Shown here in pieces: positions 59,668-64,000 of a DNA stretch of 64,000 bases. Source of the DNA: an uncultured Candidatus Saccharibacteria bacterium (GTDB lineage Bacteria; Patescibacteriota; Saccharimonadia; Saccharimonadales; UBA10212); contig CAZAAL010000001.1 of the NCBI GenBank assembly GCA_964483315.1, positions 122,850 through 186,849 on the forward strand, written 5' to 3'. The notes below the pieces were generated by a model. It ran no database searches. It was not told where the DNA came from and worked only from the letters and a program-made list of their open reading frames with translations. How positions within the stretch are numbered: the first letter of the stretch is position 1; each line of letters opens with the position of its first letter. The position numbers and the translations under genes were made by a program.

Positions 59668-59700
59668 AAAAATACCCACAAAGTCTTTGTGGGTATTTTT
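59668..59700 (+). terminator. Intrinsic terminator
   Basis: AAAATACCCACAAAG/CTTTGTGGGTATTTT followed by a T-tract. Confidence 0.8.
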
Positions 59701-59749
59701 TAATTTTGGCTTATTAATATCAGCATCTGTCCTCTATAATAAATAGCAG

Positions 59750-61330
59750 ATGAATCGGCTATTAAACCGTGCCAATCGGCGAATTTCTTTAACAAGCGCC
59801 GCTACTTTACTAGTGGTGGCTACTTTATTTGGCCAATTACTCGGATTTATAAGAACCCAGTTAGTAAATGCTAACTTTGATGTTTACGGTCCAAATAGCA
59901 CCGATGCTTACTTTGCGGCCTTTAAAATTCCAGATTTTTTCTTTTTTGCAATTGCAGCCGGTGCGCTTGGTGTGGCGTTTATGCCATATATCTCAGATAA
60001 GCTTCAGAAAGGTGATAAAAAGGCCGTTTGGGAGCTAACATCAAGTCTGCTTAATCTGATGGGTATTATCATGATTGGCGTAGGTATAGTAATTTTAGTA
60101 TTCGCCGACGAGCTAATTAAACTTTTAATGGGTTCAGATGCTAATCCACAACAACTACACAATGCGGCTACAATTATGCGCCTTGTGGCGTTAAATCCTT
60201 TGCTCTTTACTATATCGGGCATACTAACCAGTGTTCAACAAACATATGGACGATTTTTCTTTTTTGCAATTAGCCCCATTATTTACAACTTATCAATTAT
60301 CGCTAGCGTTTATGTTTTTAAAGATTTAACTGGCTTGGGTGTCGGTGCGTTAATTGGCGCTGTATTGCAATTGGTTGTCGTCTGTCTGGGGCTATATGGG
60401 CTAGGTTTTAAATACTACCCATACATCAAATGGAAGAGCAACGACTTCAAGGGCATTTTAAGAGCCATCCCGCCACGAGCAGTAGATCAAGGGATTGATT
60501 CAATTAACACGATTGTTGAGACAAACCGAGCTGCTAATCTGGGCGTAGGTAACGTAACGCATTACGAAAACGCCTATATTCTACATACGGCACCGATTTA
60601 TCTGGTTGGTAACTCAATATCTACGGCTGCTTTTCCACGCTTAATGGCCAGGCTTAGTCAGGGCAGACCAGACTTGTTCAGGAAAGATTTTACACAAATA
60701 TTAAGGGCAATGGTTTGGATAATTATCCCGATTGTTGTTATTGGTTATTTTGCTAGAGCTTATCTTGCACGCATGATTTTTAAAAATTCAGCCCCTGAAA
60801 TTGCATTAGTTTTTGGTTTTTTTGCAGGAGCTATATTTTTTAGGACAATTTATACACTTGTATCTCGGTATTTTTACGCGAATAAAGATACACGAACTCC
60901 GCTTTATGTGTCGCTGTTTGCAATTGCTCTAAACATCTTTTTGGCTTTTAGTTTGTCCAGACCTGATGTCTATAAAGTAGAAGGATTGGCCATGGCGCAG
61001 TCGATAGTTGCAGCAGCTGAAGTATTTTTACTAATGATAATTATTGCTTGGCGTGATCCGAAGGTGTTTGATAGAACATTTTGGGGTGGCATACTCAAGA
61101 TGCTCTCGGTAACTGGATTTACTATTTTGACGGCGTTGGTTATGGTAACAATCGTGCCTCTTTCTAATTTTGATAAGGGCTTTACGACACTTGGCACAAA
61201 GTTTTTCTTTATTGCAGTACCCGTATTACTTGTTCATCTAGCGGTGTCGTCAATCTTTGGCCTTGAAGAGGCTCGACCAGTTATTAATAAAATCAGACGG
61301 ATAATTCTTAAGCCGATTAAAATACAGTAA
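59750..61330 (+). CDS. murJ: Lipid II flippase MurJ
   Basis: LLGFIR, DAYFAAFKIPD, AFMP, FYANKDTRTP; many TMs. Confidence 0.9.
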   Translation: MNRLLNRANRRISLTSAATLLVVATLFGQLLGFIRTQLVNANFDVYGPNSTDAYFAAFKIPDFFFFAIAAGALGVAFMPYISDKLQKGDKKAVWELTSSLLNLMGIIMIGVGIVILVFADELIKLLMGSDANPQQLHNAATIMRLVALNPLLFTISGILTSVQQTYGRFFFFAISPIIYNLSIIASVYVFKDLTGLGVGALIGAVLQLVVVCLGLYGLGFKYYPYIKWKSNDFKGILRAIPPRAVDQGIDSINTIVETNRAANLGVGNVTHYENAYILHTAPIYLVGNSISTAAFPRLMARLSQGRPDLFRKDFTQILRAMVWIIIPIVVIGYFARAYLARMIFKNSAPEIALVFGFFAGAIFFRTIYTLVSRYFYANKDTRTPLYVSLFAIALNIFLAFSLSRPDVYKVEGLAMAQSIVAAAEVFLLMIIIAWRDPKVFDRTFWGGILKMLSVTGFTILTALVMVTIVPLSNFDKGFTTLGTKFFFIAVPVLLVHLAVSSIFGLEEARPVINKIRRIILKPIKIQ

Positions 61331-61333
61331 ATT

Positions 61334-63115
61334 ATGAATCAAAGCCATATACGGAATTTTTGCATAATTGCTCATATCGATCATGGAAAGTCGACTCTAG
61401 CAGATAGATTGCTCGAAAATACCGGCACAGTCGATAAGAGGAACATGAAAAGCCAACTGTTAGATAAAATGGACCTTGAGCAAGAGCGTGGCATAACTAT
61501 CAAGTTAGCTCCTGTTCGGATGCAATATCAAGGTTATGAATTAAATCTAATCGATACACCAGGTCATGTTGATTTTAGTTATGAAGTGTCACGTTCATTG
61601 CAAGCTTGCGAAGGAGCCATACTGGTGGTAGATGCTAGCCAGGGGATTCAGGCGCAGACTCTTGCCAATGTATATCTGGCAATAGAGGCTAATCTTACAA
61701 TTATCCCAGTGCTCAATAAGATTGACTTACCCGCCGCTAATGTCGAAAAGGTCAGCCAAGAAATAATTAATTTGCTTGGTTGTAAAAGCGAGGATATTTT
61801 AAAAATAAGCGCGAAAACGGGCGAAGGCATAAACGAGGTTTTAAAAAACATTATCCAAAAAGTTCCACCTCCGCAAGGTCAAGATAATCAAAGCACTAGA
61901 GCATTAATTTTTGATAGTTATTACGACGATTACCGGGGTGTAATCCTCTATTTAAGAGTTATAGATGGCGAAATCCACAAATCGGATCAAATAAAAATGA
62001 TAGCCACATCGGCTGAAGGAATCGCTCTTGAGGTAGGTTTTTTAAATCCTGAAATGTCACCTTTAAAAACATTAAATACGGGTGAAATCGGCTATGTAGT
62101 GACTAACCTAAAAAGCACGCGCCAAGCCAAGGTAGGTGACACCGTAACCCTATTAAAAAATCCAGCCTTAAATGCCCTACCAGGGTATCGCGAAATACAT
62201 CCCTTTGTTTACGCAGGATTTTATCCAGATAGTAACGAAAACTACCAGCTTTTAAAAGATGCAGTTGAAAAACTATCTTTAAGTGATTCCGCCTTGCAAT
62301 ACGAACTTGAAAATTCTCCAGTACTTGGTTTTGGGGTTCGAATCGGCTTTTTAGGGTTGTTGCATATGGATATTGTTAAAGAGCGACTTGAACGTGAGTA
62401 TAATCTGGAACTAGTTGTAACTAATCCATCAACCGATTACGAGGTTAAGTTAGTAAGTGGCGAGGACGTTTCTATTAAATCAGCATCTGATTTGCCAGAT
62501 GTTGCAAAAGTAGCAGAAATCCGTGAGCCATGGATAAACGGTGAGATCGTTTGCCCATCTGACTACGTTGGTTCGGTTTTGCAACTGATTACTAACCTTC
62601 GTGGTAGGCAAAAAAATCTAAGTTATATGGACCAAACATTAGCTGTAATAACTTTTGAAGCACCTTTGGCAAACATGCTTACTGATTTTTATGATCGGTT
62701 AAAAAGTCTAACAAGTGGATACGGCTCATTTAACTACGAATTAGCTGACTACCGAGCAGACGATTTAGTAAAGCTAGATTTTTATGTGGCTGGCGACAGA
62801 GTTGATGCACTGAGTCTGATGGTCCATCGTTCAGAAGCCCAAAGTTTAGCGCAAACAACAGTCAAAAAGTTGAAAGAGATTATTCCAAGGCAAAACTTTC
62901 AAGTAAGCCTACAAGGGGCAATTGGCGGAAAGTTTATTGCTCGCGAGGACATATCGGCTTACCGAAAAGACGTTACAAGTGGTTTGTACGGTGGTGATGT
63001 TTCTCGAAAAAAGAAGGTGCTTGCTAAGCAAAAAAAAGGCAAAGAACGTCTGAAAAGATTTGGTAAAGTAGATATCCCAGCGGAAGCATTTACTGTTCTT
63101 CTAAAACGTGACTAA
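61334..63115 (+). CDS. lepA: Elongation factor 4
   Basis: IRNFCIIAHIDHGKSTLADR, DTPGHVDF, GFLGLLHM, YGGDVSRKKK. Confidence 0.98.
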   Translation: MNQSHIRNFCIIAHIDHGKSTLADRLLENTGTVDKRNMKSQLLDKMDLEQERGITIKLAPVRMQYQGYELNLIDTPGHVDFSYEVSRSLQACEGAILVVDASQGIQAQTLANVYLAIEANLTIIPVLNKIDLPAANVEKVSQEIINLLGCKSEDILKISAKTGEGINEVLKNIIQKVPPPQGQDNQSTRALIFDSYYDDYRGVILYLRVIDGEIHKSDQIKMIATSAEGIALEVGFLNPEMSPLKTLNTGEIGYVVTNLKSTRQAKVGDTVTLLKNPALNALPGYREIHPFVYAGFYPDSNENYQLLKDAVEKLSLSDSALQYELENSPVLGFGVRIGFLGLLHMDIVKERLEREYNLELVVTNPSTDYEVKLVSGEDVSIKSASDLPDVAKVAEIREPWINGEIVCPSDYVGSVLQLITNLRGRQKNLSYMDQTLAVITFEAPLANMLTDFYDRLKSLTSGYGSFNYELADYRADDLVKLDFYVAGDRVDALSLMVHRSEAQSLAQTTVKKLKEIIPRQNFQVSLQGAIGGKFIAREDISAYRKDVTSGLYGGDVSRKKKVLAKQKKGKERLKRFGKVDIPAEAFTVLLKRD

Positions 63116-63163
63116 GCATTAATCTAAATTTACGATAAATCTTATTTTGCTTATACTTTTATC

Positions 63164-63874
63164 ATGAGCGATTTGATTAGGCATAAGCTATCATCGGCAA
63201 TTAGGGATTATCATATGTCTGAAAAAGCCAAGAATCTTATTGAAGCATCAAACCCGCTGCTTATATGTGGCGTATCGGCAGCAGGCAAAAGTACGGTCAT
63301 TAACAAGTTGCTGACTCATGCTAAATTTGCGCAGGTTATCTCTCATACCACTAGACAGCCAAGACACAACGATGGTCATCTTGAGCAAAATGGCGAGCAT
63401 TTTTGGTTTGTAACAGAGGCTGAAATGTACGAAATGGTCCAAAGGCAGGAGTTTTTGGAAGTTAAAGACGTACATTCTGGTTGGTTTTACGGCAAAAGCA
63501 TCTTTGAGCTTGATAAGGTTGTATCACATGGTAAACGAGCAATTTTTGATATCGATGTCAGGGGGGCTTTGGATTTTATTAAAGTATCATCAAATATCAG
63601 CCCAATATTCTTGTTGCCGCCAAGTTACGAAATTTGGATGCAACGACTTAGCTCAAGAGGCAATATGAGCGATATCGAAAAATCTAAACGACTCAGAAGC
63701 GCCAAAAATGAAATCCAAACAGCAGTCAATAATCGCCATTTTATTTTAGTAATAAACCATGAGGCCGAAGAAACAGTTAGTGATGTTTTAAGAGGTACAT
63801 ATAAAAATCCACAACATCAACACACGGCCTATCATTTAGCGCTTGACTACCTACAATTTCTAAAAGACTATTAA
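63164..63874 (+). CDS. gmk: Guanylate kinase
   Basis: GVSAAGKST, SHTTR.PR...E.NG....FV, DIDVRG, FLLPPS. Confidence 0.85.
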   Translation: MSDLIRHKLSSAIRDYHMSEKAKNLIEASNPLLICGVSAAGKSTVINKLLTHAKFAQVISHTTRQPRHNDGHLEQNGEHFWFVTEAEMYEMVQRQEFLEVKDVHSGWFYGKSIFELDKVVSHGKRAIFDIDVRGALDFIKVSSNISPIFLLPPSYEIWMQRLSSRGNMSDIEKSKRLRSAKNEIQTAVNNRHFILVINHEAEETVSDVLRGTYKNPQHQHTAYHLALDYLQFLKDY

Positions 63875-63938
63875 CTGGACTTTTTCACTCACATTTTCGG
63901 TACGTATATTATAAAAATGAGGATCGTTATAAAATATG

Positions 63939-64000
63939 TTGGCACTCTTGACATGCGACTGCCAATTTTAGTACACTAGCAGTAAGCACACGTGAGTGCT
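63939..64000 (+). promoter_or_regulatory. Tandem CIRCE-like (HrcA) operators overlapping a sigma70 promoter
   Basis: TTGGCACTC-N9-GACTGCCAA (63939-63965) and CTAGCAGTA-N9-GAGTGCT (63976-64000, cut by the window edge); TTGACA at 63948 and TACACT at 63972. Confidence 0.75.

Overview
AT-rich bacterial chromosome segment whose gene content and promoter style suggest Patescibacteria/CPR, probably Saccharibacteria-like (inference). Bases 1-16.1 kb hold a surface-polysaccharide locus: methyltransferase-kinase, glycosyltransferases, rfbABC, glmS, priming transferase, O-antigen ligase-like and GtrA-like genes. The rest mixes housekeeping genes (gdhA, dinB, uppP, short-type aspS, alkA, mscS, murC, murJ, lepA, gmk) with many secreted or membrane proteins, including a 1754-aa fibre-like adhesin carrying a 689-bp internal duplication. 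Non-coding highlights: (1) tRNA-Asn(GTT) split by a 224-nt group I intron, with a leader that can pair over its CCA end and a convergent free-standing HNH gene; (2) a ~90-bp structured repeat with compensatory changes in three helices, found singly at 54.35 kb and as an inverted pair inside a cobalamin-riboswitch-like RNA at 38.8 kb; (3) two high-GC secreted-protein cassettes sharing a near-identical AT-rich promoter; (4) a 38-bp perfect palindrome with a spacing-conserved relative upstream of the dinB operon; (5) tandem CIRCE-like operators at the right edge. All calls were made by eye; no database searches were run.
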